DNA from: Smutsia gigantea
Taxonomy: Eukaryota
Length of the DNA stretch: 64,000 nt
Assembly: GCA_032199065.1 (NCBI GenBank)
Contig: JAVSCE010011590.1
Span: forward strand, 172,551 to 236,550
Direction: 5' to 3'
Positions 22,779 to 34,560 of the stretch are shown piece after piece (within the stretch, counting starts at the first letter, position 1; each line of letters begins with the position of its first letter). The translations under genes were made by a program, and so were the position numbers. The notes under the pieces are model-generated. The model saw only the letters and a program-made list of their open reading frames with translations, had not been told where the DNA came from and ran no database searches.

Positions 22779-25700
22779 TTGTTAGATAGTAAAGACGCAA
22801 CTCTTGAACCCTTGGTAACCACGAATCTAAAGCCAGCAATGGCAATAAGTACATACCTATCAATAATCACCCTAAATGTAAATGGACTGAATGCACCAAT
22901 CAAAAGACACAGAGTAACAGAATGGATAAAAAAGCAAGACCCATCTATATGCTGCCTACAAGAAACTCACCTCAAATCCAAAGATATACACAGACTAAAA
23001 GTGAAGGGATGGAAAAAGATATTTCATGCAAACAACAAAGAGAAAAAAGCAGGTATTGCAGTACTTGAACAAGACAAAATAGACTTCAAAACGAAGAAAG
23101 TAGCAAGAGATAAAGAAGGACATTACATAATGATAAACGGGTCAGTCCAACAAGAAGATATAACCATTATAAATATATATGCACCCAACACAGGAGCGCC
23201 AGCATATGTAAAACAAATACTAACAGAATTAAAGGAGGAAATAGACAACAATGCATTCATCTTAGGAGACTTCAACACACCACTCACTCCAGAGGACAGA
23301 TCAACCAGACAGAAAATAAGTAAAGACACAGAGGCACTGAACAACACACTAGAACACATGGACCTAACAGACATCTACAGAACTCTACACCCAAAAGCAA
23401 CAGGATACACATTCTTCTCAAGTGCACATGGAACATTTTCCAGAATAGACCACATACTAGGCCACAAAAAGAACCTCAGTAATTTCAAAAATATTGAAAT
23501 CCTACCAACCAACTTCTCAGATCACCAAGGTATAAAACTAGAAATAAATTTTAGAAAGAAATCAAAAAGGCTCACAAATACATGGACACTTAACAACACT
23601 CTAATTAATCAATGGGTTAACGACCAAATCAAAACAGAAATCAAAGACTATATGGAGACTAATGACAACAACAACACAAAGCCACAACTTCCGTGGGACG
23701 CAGCAAAGGCAGTTCTAGGAAGAAAGTATATTGCCATCCAGGCCTATTTAAAGAAGGAAGAACATTCCCAAATGAATAGTCTAAAGACACAATTACTGAA
23801 ATTGGAAAAAGAAGAACAAATGAGGCCCAAAGGCACCAGAAGGAGGGACATAATAAAGATTAGAACAGAAATAAATAAAACTGAGAAGAATAAAACAATA
23901 GAAAAAATCAATGAAACCAAGAGCTGGTTCTTTGAAAAAATAAACAAAATAGATAAACCCCTAGCCAGACTCATTAAGAGAAAAAGAGAATATACACACA
24001 TAAACACAATCAGAAATGAGAAAGGAAGAATCATGACGGATCCCACAGAAATACAAAGAATGATAAGAGAATATGAGAATCTATATGCTAACAAGCTGGA
24101 AAACATAGAAGAAATGCACAACTTCTTAGAAAAATACAACCTTCCAAGACTGGCCAAGCAAGAAACAGAAAAACTAAACAGAGCAATCACCAGCAACGAA
24201 ATCGAATTGGTAATCAAAAAACTACCCAAGAACAAAACCCCTGGGCCTGATGGATTCACCTCTGAATTCTACCAGACATATAGAGAAGAAATAACACCGA
24301 TTCTCCTTAAAGTTTTCCAAAAAATAGAAGAGGAGGGAATACTTCCAAACTCATTCTATGAAGCCAGCATCACTCTAATACCAAAACCGGGCAAAGACCT
24401 CACCAAAAAAGAAAATTACAGACCAATATCCCTGATGAACGTAGATGCAAAAATACTCAACAAAATATTAGCAAACCGAATTCAAAAATACATCAAGAGG
24501 ATTATACACCATGATCAAGTGGGATTCATCCCAGGGATGCAAGGATGGTACAACATTCGAAAATCCATCAACATCATCCACCACATCAACAAAAAGAAGA
24601 ACAAAAACCACATGATCATCTCCATAGATGCTGAAAAAGCATTTGACAAAATTCAGCATCCATTCCTGATTAAAACTCTCAACAAAATGGGTATAGAGGG
24701 CAAGTACCTCAACATCATAAAGGCTATATATGATAAACCCACAGCTAACATCATACTTAAGGGCGAGACGCTGAAAGCTTTTCATCTAAGATTGGGAACA
24801 AGACAGGGATGCCCACTCTCTCCACTGTTATTCAACATAGTACTGGAGGTCCTAGCCACAGCAATCAGACTAAACAAAGACATACAAGGCATCCAGATTG
24901 GTAAAGAAGAAGTCAAATTGTCACTATTTGCAGATGACATGATACTGTACATAAAAACCCTGAAGGCTCCACTCCAAAACTACTAGAACTAATATCTGAA
25001 TTCAGCAAAGTTGCAGGATACAAAATTAACACACAGAAATCTGTTGCTTTCCTATACACTAACGATGAACTAACAGAAAGAGAAATCAGAAAAACAATTT
25101 CATTCACAATTGCATCAAAAAGAATAAAATACCTAGGAATAAACCTAAGGAAGGAAGTGAAAGACCTGTACTCTGAAAACTACAAGACACTCCTAAGAGA
25201 AATTAAAGAGGACACTAACAAATGGAAATGCATCCCATGCTCTTGGCTAGGAAGAATAAATATTGTCAAAATGGCTATACTACCTAAAGCAGTCTACAGA
25301 TTCAATGCAATCCCTATCAAACTACCAACAGCTTTCTTCAATGAACTGGAACAAATAATTCTAAAATTCATATGGAACCACAAAAGACCCCGAATAGCCA
25401 AAGCAATCCTGAGAAGGAGGAATAAAACAGGGGGAATTACACTCCCTGACTTCAAGCTCTACTACAAAGCACAGTAATCAAGACAATTTGGTATTGGCAC
25501 AAAAACAGACCCACAGACCAGTGGAACAGAATAGAAAATCCAAACATTAACCCAAACATATACAGTCAATTAATATTTGATAAAAGAGCCTTGGATATAC
25601 AATGGGGAGATGACAGCCTCTTCAGCAGCTGGTGTTGGAAAAACTGGACAGCTACAGGTAAGAGAATGAAACTGGACTACTGTCTAGCCCCATACACAAA

Positions 25701-26655
25701 GGTAAACTCAAGGTGGATCAAAGACCTGAATGTAAGTCATGAAACCATAAAACTCTTAGAAAAAAACATAGGCAAAAATCTCTTGGACATAAACATGAGC
25801 AACTTCTTCATGAACATATCTCCCCAGGCAAGGGAAACAAAAGCAAAAATGAACAAGTGGGACTATATCAAGCTGAAAAGCTTCTGTACAGCAAAGGACA
25901 CCATCAGTAGAACAAAAAGACATCCTACAGTATGGGAGAATATATTCATAAAAAACGTATCTGATAAAGGGTTGACATCCAAAATATATAAAGAATTAAT
26001 GCACCTTAACAAACGGAAAGCAAATAATCCAATTAAGAAATGGGCAGAGGACATGAATAGACATTTCTCTAAAGAAGAAATTCAAATGGCCAACAGGCAC
26101 ATGAAAAGATGCTCCACATCGCTAATCATCAGAGAAATGCAGATTAAAACCACAATGAGATATCACCTCACACCAGTGAGGATGGCCAACGTCCAAAACA
26201 CAAACAACAACAAATATTGGCGAGGATGTGGAGAAAAGGGAACCCTCCTACACTGCTGTTGGGACTGCAAATTAGTTCAACCATTGTGGAAAGCAGTATG
26301 GAGGTTCCTCAAAAAACTCAAAATAGAAATACCATTTGACCCTGGAAATCCACTCCTAGGAATTTATCCTAAGAATGCAGCATCCCAATTTGAAAAAGAC
26401 AGATGCACCCCTATGTTTATTGCAGCACTATTTACAATAGCCCAGAAATGGAAGCAACCTAAGTGTCCATCAGTAGATGAATGTATAAAGAAGATGTGGT
26501 ACATATACACAATGGAATATTATTCAGTCATAAGAAGAAAACAAATCCTACCATTTGCAACAACATGGATGGAGCTAGAGGGTATTATGCTCAGTGAAAT
26601 AAGCCAAGCTGAAAAAGACAAGTATCAAATGATTTCACTCATATGTGGAGTATAA
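22779..26655 (+). pseudogene. L1 ORF2 (endonuclease plus reverse transcriptase). The first 735 codons are open, then a stop at ~24984 and frameshifts follow; the C-terminal Cys-rich part is in ORFs 25157..25477 and 25591..26655
   Basis: The 735-aa ORF contains EN motifs and RT blocks ([40 protein letters not shown]). The C-terminal pieces include [30 protein letters not shown] and CW.C....PLWK. Confidence 0.9.
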
Positions 26656-26995
26656 GAACAAAGAAAAATACTGAAGGAACAAAACAGCAGCAGACTCACA
26701 GAACCCAAGAACGGACTAATAGTTACCAAAGGGAAAGGGACTGGGGAAAATGGGTGGGAAGGGAGGGATAAGAGGGAAAAAGGGGCATTACGATTAGCAG
26801 ACGTAATGTTGGGGGGGTCACGGGGAGGGATGTACAACTCAGAGAAGACAAGTAGTGATTCTATAGCATCTCACTACGCTGATGGACAGTGACTGTAATG
26901 GGGTTGGTGGGCGGGACCTGATGAAGGGGTAGTTCAATAACCATCATATTGCACATGTAATTGTAGATTAATGATAAAATAAATTATATTTTTAA

Positions 26996-27013
26996 AAAAG
27001 TGACCAGGACTGA
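26996..27013. repeat. Target-site duplication, right copy (AAAAGTGACCAGGACTGA)
   Basis: It is identical to 21469-21486. Confidence 0.9.
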
Positions 27014-28218
27014 CATCAGCAGTAATAAGTCACTCCGATATACTATACCTCTGATACAGTGTGACAAGGAGTGGAAGGAGGGATAAAGACTTCAAATTCC
27101 AAAACAGTTTCTAAATGCTTACTCTCAACTTCCATACATATTTCTTTGTGAACCATTAACAATTTGTAGAATGACACTAGTCCACAAACCAAACTTTGAG
27201 TAGCTCTGCTCTAAATTTCAAAAACAGATTGTGTAGATACCCTCTGGCTGAGGGAGACCATGAGGCACTGAGAGAAAGTCTCTCAGGTGATTTCTTCATT
27301 AAAAACAGGAATCAGGGTGAAGTGAGAACAAAACGCAGTATCCCTCAACTCCCAAATCCTCAAAACTCATTTCCAGACCAGAGGGCAGTGGTATTTCTCT
27401 GAGAACCCTACCAACCCAGAACAAATCTTGAAACAGCTCTGGCTTATTATATACAAGTCCTTGAATTCTTGGCACAGAAGACCCTTAGCCCTTCCTTAAT
27501 CCTCGGAAAGAAAAGGGCCTCAGGGAAATTCTTCCCCCCTAAGATAGAATTGCAGGAAAACAAGATTCTAGAACTTTTACTTAAGAAGGTCACAGTCCAT
27601 GGTAAGTCCAAGGGCATGAATGTCCTGCCTTTCAACTCATTTTAATCTTTGTAAACTTCAGTTTGCAAGAGAGGCACTTTTGTTGTCTCTTCCAAGAACA
27701 CAAACTACTATGCTGACTGATGCTCTGCAAGTCATATGGCTGCTGGGGCTCTGTCAGAGGTGGTGAAGGCAGGAAACTCTCTGCTTTCAGTGCCCTTGCT
27801 TCTCGCCCTTCATCTGGGCAGTTGGTTCTGAGTAGGTGGGGCTGTCTCTGTGAGAGGAACCTCATATCATCCTGCTTCTATCCCAGTTCTTTCTAAGCGC
27901 CCTTCCTAGGGGCCCTGTTAACTCACTCTCCCTTCCCTTATTCTTCCCTGACCAAGTGAGCGCTTCTCAGCTCCAGTCAGAGTAAGCGACGGCCCACGTC
28001 ACTGTCCTTTCCTGCGGTGTCTGGGGACCAGCCAATGATACAAAAAATCTAAAGCCTAGTTTCCAAGAATATCTACTAAAAGTCTGGTTTACTTTCTTGC
28101 AGTTCTAGTAACAATTAATGCTGAATCAGAAAAGAAACATGAGAACATCCATATTCTTCCCTCTTGGCCCACATCTACAGAGAAAACAGGCATGACCACA
28201 CCTGAGATATTATGTCAC

Positions 28219-28224
28219 TTTATT
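28219..28224 (-). terminator. TEP1: TEP1 polyadenylation signal (AATAAA on minus strand), ~90 nt 3' of the TEP1 stop
   Basis: Plus cactTTATTcttataatttc gives minus GAAATTATAAGAATAAAGTGACATAATATC. Confidence 0.55.
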
Positions 28225-28313
28225 CTTATAATTTCATCAAGGAAGTAGCCACTGGTGTCTTCCGACTTCGCAACTCTGGTGCCAGTGGGATCTTTGCCCT
28301 GAGCAGTGCATCT

Positions 28314-28436
28314 TCATTCCCAGGACAGGAAGTACACCTTGCCCTGTGTGTCTCCCACTGCAAGCTTCAGGGTAGCATTAGGACCCAGCCAGGGTTCCAG
28401 GCAGCTCACTGCCCCTTCGCACTGGAACAGGCCTAG
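28314..28436 (-). CDS. TEP1: TEP1 final coding exon (LGLFQCEGAVSCLEPWLGPNATLKLAVGDTQGKVYFLSWE*), stop TGA at 28314-28316. It is too short for the >=60 aa ORF track
   Basis: The acceptor ccccttgtag|CTAGGC on the minus strand is in phase 0. It joins the strong GTAAGT donor at 28661-28662. The last WD-repeat-like segment ends 90 nt upstream of the AATAAA. Confidence 0.6.
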   Translation of the reverse strand, partial: LGLFQCEGAVSCLEPWLGPNATLKLAVGDTQGKVYFLSWE

Positions 28437-28662
28437 CTACAAGGGGGACAAAAACGGGGGAGATGAGGGCTACAAGCCCAGGGCCTCCTTACTAACATTC
28501 TTTACTCTCACATCAATGCCTTTTATTTAGAAACAGGTTAGTCACACATTATTGTAAGGACAGAAGAAAACAGAATCTTGGTCTTTTGCACTTTCTTACC
28601 CCATGTTTGCTTTTTGTAACATCCCTTTAGCCCTCCTTGCACACAAACACATACACACTTAC

Positions 28663-28790
28663 CAGCTGCATACTGTGTCTCTGCCACAGCTTAACATCTC
28701 TGTCTTTTGAAGCTGTCACCAGCAACTCAGGCAGCACATGGAGGGCGGTGACAGCACCCGAGTGAATCTCCAAGAGGAAGGGGAACAGGT
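28663..28790 (-). CDS. TEP1: TEP1 penultimate coding exon (5' boundary approximate): ...EIHSGAVTALHVLPELLVTASKDRDVKLWQRHSMQL
   Basis: This is part of minus ORF 28627..28905. The exon ends at CAGCTG|GTAAGTGTG (donor GT at 28661-28662). A candidate acceptor is cctcttggag|ATTCAC. The ORF-track tail VSVYVFVCKEG* is intronic read-through. Confidence 0.55.
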
Positions 28791-30249
28791 ATGGTGAGTT
28801 CTCAGAGGGCCCCCTCAGGTGAGGAAGCATCAAAGACTGCTGGGCCAGACCTAGCACTTCCTGCCCTATATTGGTGACCTTTTCTTCAAACTCACCTTTG
28901 TACACTGCCGTGTCTTTAGAAGGTCTGCTGACCAGCTATCCACGTCATTATCTATAGTTGGGTCTGTCCCTGCAGTTTTGGTTTCAGGCATTTTTATGTG
29001 TTTCTGCCAGATGTTATCTGTGGTCCATTCTCCTTCACGGGTGCATTTAGCTAGTTTCCATAGCATCCCATCCGCACTGGCACACAAAAACGAGGACTCT
29101 GCCATTTCAAGGGTTAGAGCCAGGTCTCAGCCTTTGAACGATCCATCATCCTCCCCTAGGCATCTCCTAGGACTCCTCAGAGCCTCCCATCACCACTCAC
29201 CAGATTCAGGTTTGGCTTGAGTTACTGATATTAGGCGCCCACTAGGATTCTCTAGGTTCAGGTCAAAGTCGAGGCTCTCTTCATACTCTCCTGATTCCTT
29301 TTGCCTCTGAAAGGATACATAATTTTGTTTAGCTAATTCATATCACTTAACCTTAGCCAGCCAAAGCAACTGTTTTCTGCTCGTGGCTGGTCAGGGATTT
29401 TTTTTTTTAACCGTAACTTTAATACCGTAAAGCACACAAATCTTAAATGTACATCTCAGTGAATTTTTACACATGTACAATCCATGCAATCACTGCCTAG
29501 ATCAAGATGTAGAACATTTCCATCACCCCAGAAAGTTGCCTTCGTGCTCCTTCCCAGGCAGTACCAGAGCACCGCCACCCCAGAGCTAATGATATTCTGA
29601 CTTTGTTACTATAAATTAGTTTGCTCGTTTTTAGCTTCATTTATGTGAAGTCATACAGTATGTACTCTTTTGTGTTTGGCTTCTTTCACCCAACATAATA
29701 CCTATGCTATATGTGTGTATTGTTCCAGACACTGCTAATACAGTGTCAATAGAAGGGAGACATGAAAAAAATGCAAGAAAACTCCTAGTTTTATGGTTTC
29801 CCATGACTTGTTAAACACTAAAATCCTTTTTTGTATCAGTGGGATCTTGCAGGGAAACCCACCATAGAATGCTGCTAAGTACAGCTGCTCCGGCTGAAGG
29901 AAGAGAAGGGGATTTGGAACCAACTGCCTTTCGCTTCCTCTTATCCTCGATCATGGCCCCAAGGTTTAAAATACTGGTCCTGGACAACGTTTGTTTTGAC
30001 ACACACCCAAACAGGACTTACTAAGAAAGAAAGAATTCCAGGGCCCATTGGCTGCAGGACAAAAACACCATAGTCCTGGTGGGTGGACAGCATCACAGGG
30101 TCTTCACCACAGCTTCTCCTGGTTTATAAGAAAGAGGCTGAGCCCAGGAAAAAAGCAGTGTTTTATTCTAAGTTAGACCCAACCTCGGGGTAACCACTAA
30201 CCCATTTTTCTTTTTGTCTAGCCTGAGAGGAAACAGCATTGTGGTCTTA

Positions 30250-30394
30250 CCAGATTTCAGAGGGAACATCCCCTGGTTTCACGCGCAGTAACTGCAAATC
30301 TGCTGTGGCCAAGATGAGGGAGTGACCATCCGGGGCCAGGCCCACACCTGTCAGGAACCCTAAGTCCTCCTGCAGCACGCGGCTCAGGTGAAGA
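30250..30394 (-). CDS. TEP1: TEP1 WD40-repeat exon (SSPEPRVLQEDLGFLTGVGLAPDGHSLILATADLQLLRVKPGDVPSEI)
   Basis: The acceptor is ttttttgagctacag|TCTTCA and the donor is AATCTG|GTAAGA on the minus strand. Confidence 0.6.
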
Positions 30395-31852
30395 CTGTAG
30401 CTCAAAAAAGGTACACGGGCAGAGAAAAATCCTACTTTAGTCCATCTCAGTCAGGAGCCTCAGTTCCCCATGAATTCCTTAGGAGTGAAGTACAAACCAA
30501 AATGTATTACCTTACCTAAAAATTTTGTTCCACTTCCTGTTTTTCTTATATCAGTTTTTATCATCACTATCCCCTTACTTGCTCAAACTAGGGATCTCTA
30601 ATATTCTCGTCTTTTCCTTCCCTCCTAACTGCCAACTGCAATAAGCACTGTGGATTCTACTTGCAACACCGGCCTATACCTATTTCTCTCCTCATCCCCA
30701 CAGCCCAGCTCAGGGCCCACAGGATGTCTTCCGTGCACTATGCCAACAGATGTAGAAGTGGTCTCCGTTCTTATAATGTCTCTATTGTTATCCCTCCTCC
30801 ACACTGGCACTAGGGATCTCTGTCTAAAATTCAGACAATTCTTCTGCTCAAAATTCTCAGCACTGTGCCCTTACAGCCTGGCCCCAGTTTATCTTTTCAA
30901 TCCAATCCCCTCCCATGGATAACCCAAAGACTTGGCTACACTCAGATACACCATGAACTCTCATGCCTCCATGCCTTTTGTCAATGCTGCTCCCTCTTCC
31001 TAAAATACTATACCCTTCCCTTTGGGCCCAGAAAACTCCTATTCATCCTTTCAGCCCAACCTCAAGTAGTGCCTCTTTGGTAAACTATAAATTTCTCAAA
31101 TTCTGCAGCCGCAGTAATTTCATATACATATGAAATTATATGTTATATATAATTAATATATATGTTATATATAACTATATCTTCATTATAGCACAGATTC
31201 ATTATAGCACAAATCACTCTGCATATAGGTGGCAGTTTGCTTAAATACACATTCCTCTACTGTTTCCTTCCTTAATTAAAGTCATATCAATATGGTTCAC
31301 ACTGACCCAAAGCATAGCAAAAGTAAGTATCCAACAATTATTGTTATATATTAGATATTATTAGATTATATACATTCATATATATATTTATCTATACTTT
31401 ATGTATGATGATGAGAAGCTAAATAAAAACAATATCCTAGAGACTTTTTTCTGCTTACTAACTGTCATCCTATTGACCTAGTTCAGAAGTAGAGGTAGAG
31501 CGATTCAAGCAAATCCTCAGTTTTAGGAGACAGCCATCACCTCATATTAACCCAGCTGCCTCATTTCACCTGATATCTCTGGGGGTTGAGCCCTTCCGCA
31601 GCTCCACTTGCCACTCGCTGACTTTTTCGTCAGCACTGAGAACAATCAGGGTGCCTGCTGAGTACCAGATCACAGCACCAATGCGGCCCGCAGCCTAGGG
31701 AATACAAGTCCACTGCGGCATTTCTGAGGAGCCAAGATCACCCACTTTCCCCTCCCAGGCATCTGTGCCATCTCCGAGCCCCTCATGTCCCTTGACGTGC
31801 AGAGCCAGGGCAGAGCACCCACAGTCAAGGAACTGAGTCTGGCCGAGCACAC

Positions 31853-31989
31853 CTGTGCTGTGGCCACAGCCTTGGCTTCCTGCCACAAGATCAGCTCCCC
31901 AGCTTGATTCCCCGTCACTGCCACAGAACCATCTGGGGCCCAGGCCACAGCAGTGATGGCGGCGGGACTCGTGGGCATATACGTGTCAC
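31853..31989 (-). CDS. TEP1: TEP1 WD40-repeat exon (DTYMPTSPAAITAVAWAPDGSVAVTGNQAGELILWQEAKAVATAQ)
   Basis: This is part of minus ORF 31670..32164. The acceptor is cttctccag|GTGACA and the donor is GCACAG|GTGTGC. The exon is 137 nt. Confidence 0.6.
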
Positions 31990-32546
31990 CTGGAGAAGAG
32001 AGGAAGTGGTTCCTTAGGAGCTGGACCACTGCTGGGATAGTGAGGGGATGGCAGACCGCCCTTGGCCTTCTTGGTCCCACTAACACCCCTGTCTCAGGCC
32101 TCGCCTCTCTCCGTGCCTCACTCACCTGCTTCCTTAGGTACCTGCCAGAGGCGTATGGAACCATCCTCTGAAGCGGTCAGCAGGAGGCCTGAGGTTTCTG
32201 AAACAGCAGCTGCAGTGACTGGGCCACTGTGTCCCAGGAGGGTGTGTGTGTGAGACACCTAGGAGGGAAGGATGGAGAGGGGATGGTGGGGGCTGACACA
32301 AGAAGCCCCTTGCTTACAGGTATAGGAGGTTGTCCCCCTACATCCTCTCCACCCCGCAACCTCTGTGCTTTCAAGGGAACTCACCAAGAGTGGATTCCAC
32401 AGCCGTGTGGCCCCATCTAGACCCACGGTCACCACCAGGAGCTCTGACCCAGGCTGGCCAGCTGATGAGAGACTGAGTCAGAGCGGAGAAGCAGGGGAGA
32501 AGGGCACGAGGCAGTGGGGAAGGGAAGCCAGCTGACGTTTCCCTAC

Positions 32547-32679
32547 CTGCGTGGGGCCCCAGGACAGCTGCACAGTGGCTGATGGGCCCTGAGTGAGCAG
32601 GGATGCTGGTCAGCTCCACACCCTGATGGTCCCACACTTTCAAGGTCCCATCTCGGCCCACAGACACCACGTGCTCTTC
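32547..32679 (-). CDS. TEP1: TEP1 WD40-repeat exon (EEHVVSVGRDGTLKVWDHQGVELTSIPAHSGPISHCAAVLGPHA)
   Basis: This is part of minus ORF 32371..32670. The acceptor is ctgaggcag|GAAGAG and the donor is CACGCAG|GTAGGG. It holds a canonical G..LK.WD WD signature. Confidence 0.6.
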
Positions 32680-32999
32680 CTGCCTCAGAACACAGCATCA
32701 GAGCAAAGTCACGCTGAGCACGACATGGAAAGTGTAACTTGTACCACAGAGGTACAGGCTGAGCAGCAAGGGCTTAGAAGGCATCAAAGAATGGGGAGAA
32801 CTCTGGGAGGGAGAACTGAGGGGGCTCAGGACCGCACCGCTGCCAGGAGGCCAGGACACTGAGGTGCAGTGTTGCACTCGCCCCCTCCTTCCCCTTACAC
32901 CAGTCCTCAGCCTCAACCCTGGTCCTGCTCTAATCCAGACACCAGCATCTCATTCTCATACTTCTTGTGCCCAGTGCATCCAGGTCCCTCAACCTTCCC

Positions 33000-33140
33000 A
33001 GAGATGCCTGGCGAGCTCTCCAGTTCCTGCTCACCACGGCCGCCACGGCGCTCACAGCCCTCTCATGGCCCAGGAACTGAGCACGCTGCTGTCTCGTCTT
33101 GGGGTCCCACAGCCCCACAGAGCCGTCACTGGAACAGGAG
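33000..33140 (-). CDS. TEP1: TEP1 WD40-repeat exon, approximate limits (LQVSCSSDGSVGLWDPKTRQQRAQFLGHERAVSAVAAV)
   Basis: This is the core of minus ORF 32930..33277. Boundaries were not resolved. Confidence 0.4.
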
Positions 33141-33264
33141 ACCTGGAGAATCAGAGGTCCGAGCGGCACCATCAGCATCCCCCGAGCAGCTCTGCGTGCT
33201 TTCCAAGTTGGGCGGAGGGCACTGAGCCTTGGGATTAAGAGCAGGGCTGTCCTGGATGTGGAGT

Positions 33265-33470
33265 CTAGCCCCACCATTCATTACTTCGTTTTCTGGGGCA
33301 AGTTCATCTCTCTGAGCCTTAGGTTTCTTATCTAGTCAGTGAGGATAATGACAAGGCACCTGTCTGACATGGTTGCTGTGAGCTGATGCACCTATGGAGA
33401 GGACTCAGCACACTGCCTGGTATATAGTGAGCACTGAAGAAATAGTGGCTATGGTCCTTGTTCTTAACAT
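33265..33470 (+). repeat. MIR SINE (mammalian-wide interspersed repeat) in a TEP1 intron
   Basis: ctctctgagccttaggtttcttatctagtcagtgaggataatgacaaggcacctgtctgacatggttgctgtgagctgatg...cacactgcctggtatatagtgagcactgaag matches the MIR core consensus. Confidence 0.6.
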
Positions 33471-33789
33471 GTCAGTCACCAAACCCAGACAAAGGTGAAA
33501 AGTCTGCAATGCCAGGGAAAGGTCTGGCTGCCAGGAAGGCAGAGGTAGGGCAGATGATGACCACGTATTCCACTGACACTCACTCCTTTCTCATCTCTCT
33601 TTGAAAAGTGGGGACTCTGCATTGGAAAACCAGGCTTCACCAACACTGAGTGCATCACCTGAGACTCATTTTTGCCTTCGAACCAGAGGAGTGACAGCCG
33701 TACCCTTTACCTGCAGGGAGAGGGCATCCTAAGCCCTGGGAGAGACAGTCTGGGTTCTGGTTAAGAGCAGGGGCTTCCCTGTCAGTGAG

Positions 33790-33960
33790 TTCACTGGCTC
33801 AGCTTCATCACTTACATGACCCTGGAAATGTCTTTGTGAAACAGAGCTGATAGGAGTATCTCTTCAGAGGGTGTCGAAGAGACGAAATGAGGCACTACCT
33901 ACAAAGAGCTTAGTCCAGTGCCTGGCACACACTGAGTGCTCCGTACGTGTTAGCTGTGAC
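33790..33960 (+). repeat. Second MIR SINE copy
   Basis: It contains cttagtccagtgcctggcacacactgagtgctc, the MIR core, preceded by tcatcacttacatgaccctgg. Confidence 0.5.
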
Positions 33961-34439
33961 TGCTGGAAATAGGATGAGACGGGGGTGTTGTCCTCCTTTA
34001 GGGCTCCCCCCCAGCCCTTCACTCACCACTAGGTGGTCTTTGGTCCAGGCACAGCCAGTGACCCAGTCACGGTGGCAGGCAGGGAAGGAGCAAATCAGAA
34101 CAGGGGCTTTGGGTGTCCTCACATCCCAGCAGAAGAGACTCTGTACAGGACCCAAGTGGGGAGCAGTCAGGACCACAGGAAGGAGGTCGGAACACCAGGG
34201 CCATTATAGGTAAGAAGCTTCAAGGAAAGAGGTGGGGACAGATCCAGCACAGGAGGTTTGGCAAAGCAAAAACCCAGAGGGAGCCATGGAGAATCCAGGA
34301 ACTGCAGGGACTGGGCCCCAGGTGCGGAAGGCTCACCCGGTCCCTGCCCCCAGTGGCCAGGCTGCCTCCATCAGAGCTGAAGCTGCAGCAGCTTACGGGG
34401 CCTGCATGTCCCTGGAGCTCAGTGCCGCAGGGAAAGCCT

Positions 34440-34560
34440 TCTGCCTTTTGTGGCAATGTCAGCAACTGCCTTGGCCACAGCCGCACCATGAAATCCTCTG
34501 CATTGGAAATGAGGAGAGAAGATTCTCTGAAACAGGAAATGAGACACGGCCTGGAGGCCA
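34440..34560 (-). CDS. TEP1: TEP1 WD40-repeat exon, approximate limits (ELQGHAGPVSCCSFSSDGGSLATGGRDR)
   Basis: This is part of minus ORF 34220..34693 and carries a GH...S.DG...TG..D WD signature. Confidence 0.4.

Larger units (their letters stand above)
21487..26995 (+). mobile_element. Full-length but coding-disrupted LINE-1 (~5.5 kb), laurasiatherian-type, with an internally deleted ~210 bp 5'UTR, ORF1, ORF2 (EN+RT+Cys domain), 3'UTR and a short A-tail
   Basis: The 5' end GGGGACTTCCGAGAAGATGGCAG... is shared with the second copy at 44913. ORF1 pieces are 21699..22025 and 22271..22540. ORF2 22779..24986 has an intact apurinic-endonuclease-like N-terminus ([34 protein letters not shown]) and the RT motif (FADDMILY). 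It continues after frameshifts at 25157..25477 and 25591..26655. The copy is flanked by a perfect 18-bp TSD. Confidence 0.95.

Noticed and set aside
25157-26655. ORFs 25157..25477 and 25591..26655 as separate genes
   Set aside because: They are the frameshifted C-terminal continuation of L1 ORF2 (Cys-rich domain, [23 protein letters not shown]).
28627-28662. C-terminal tail VSVYVFVCKEG* of minus ORF 28627..28905 as the TEP1 protein end
   Set aside because: It lies immediately after a consensus GTAAGT donor. A phase-compatible downstream exon with a WD-like ending and a following AATAAA is a better model.
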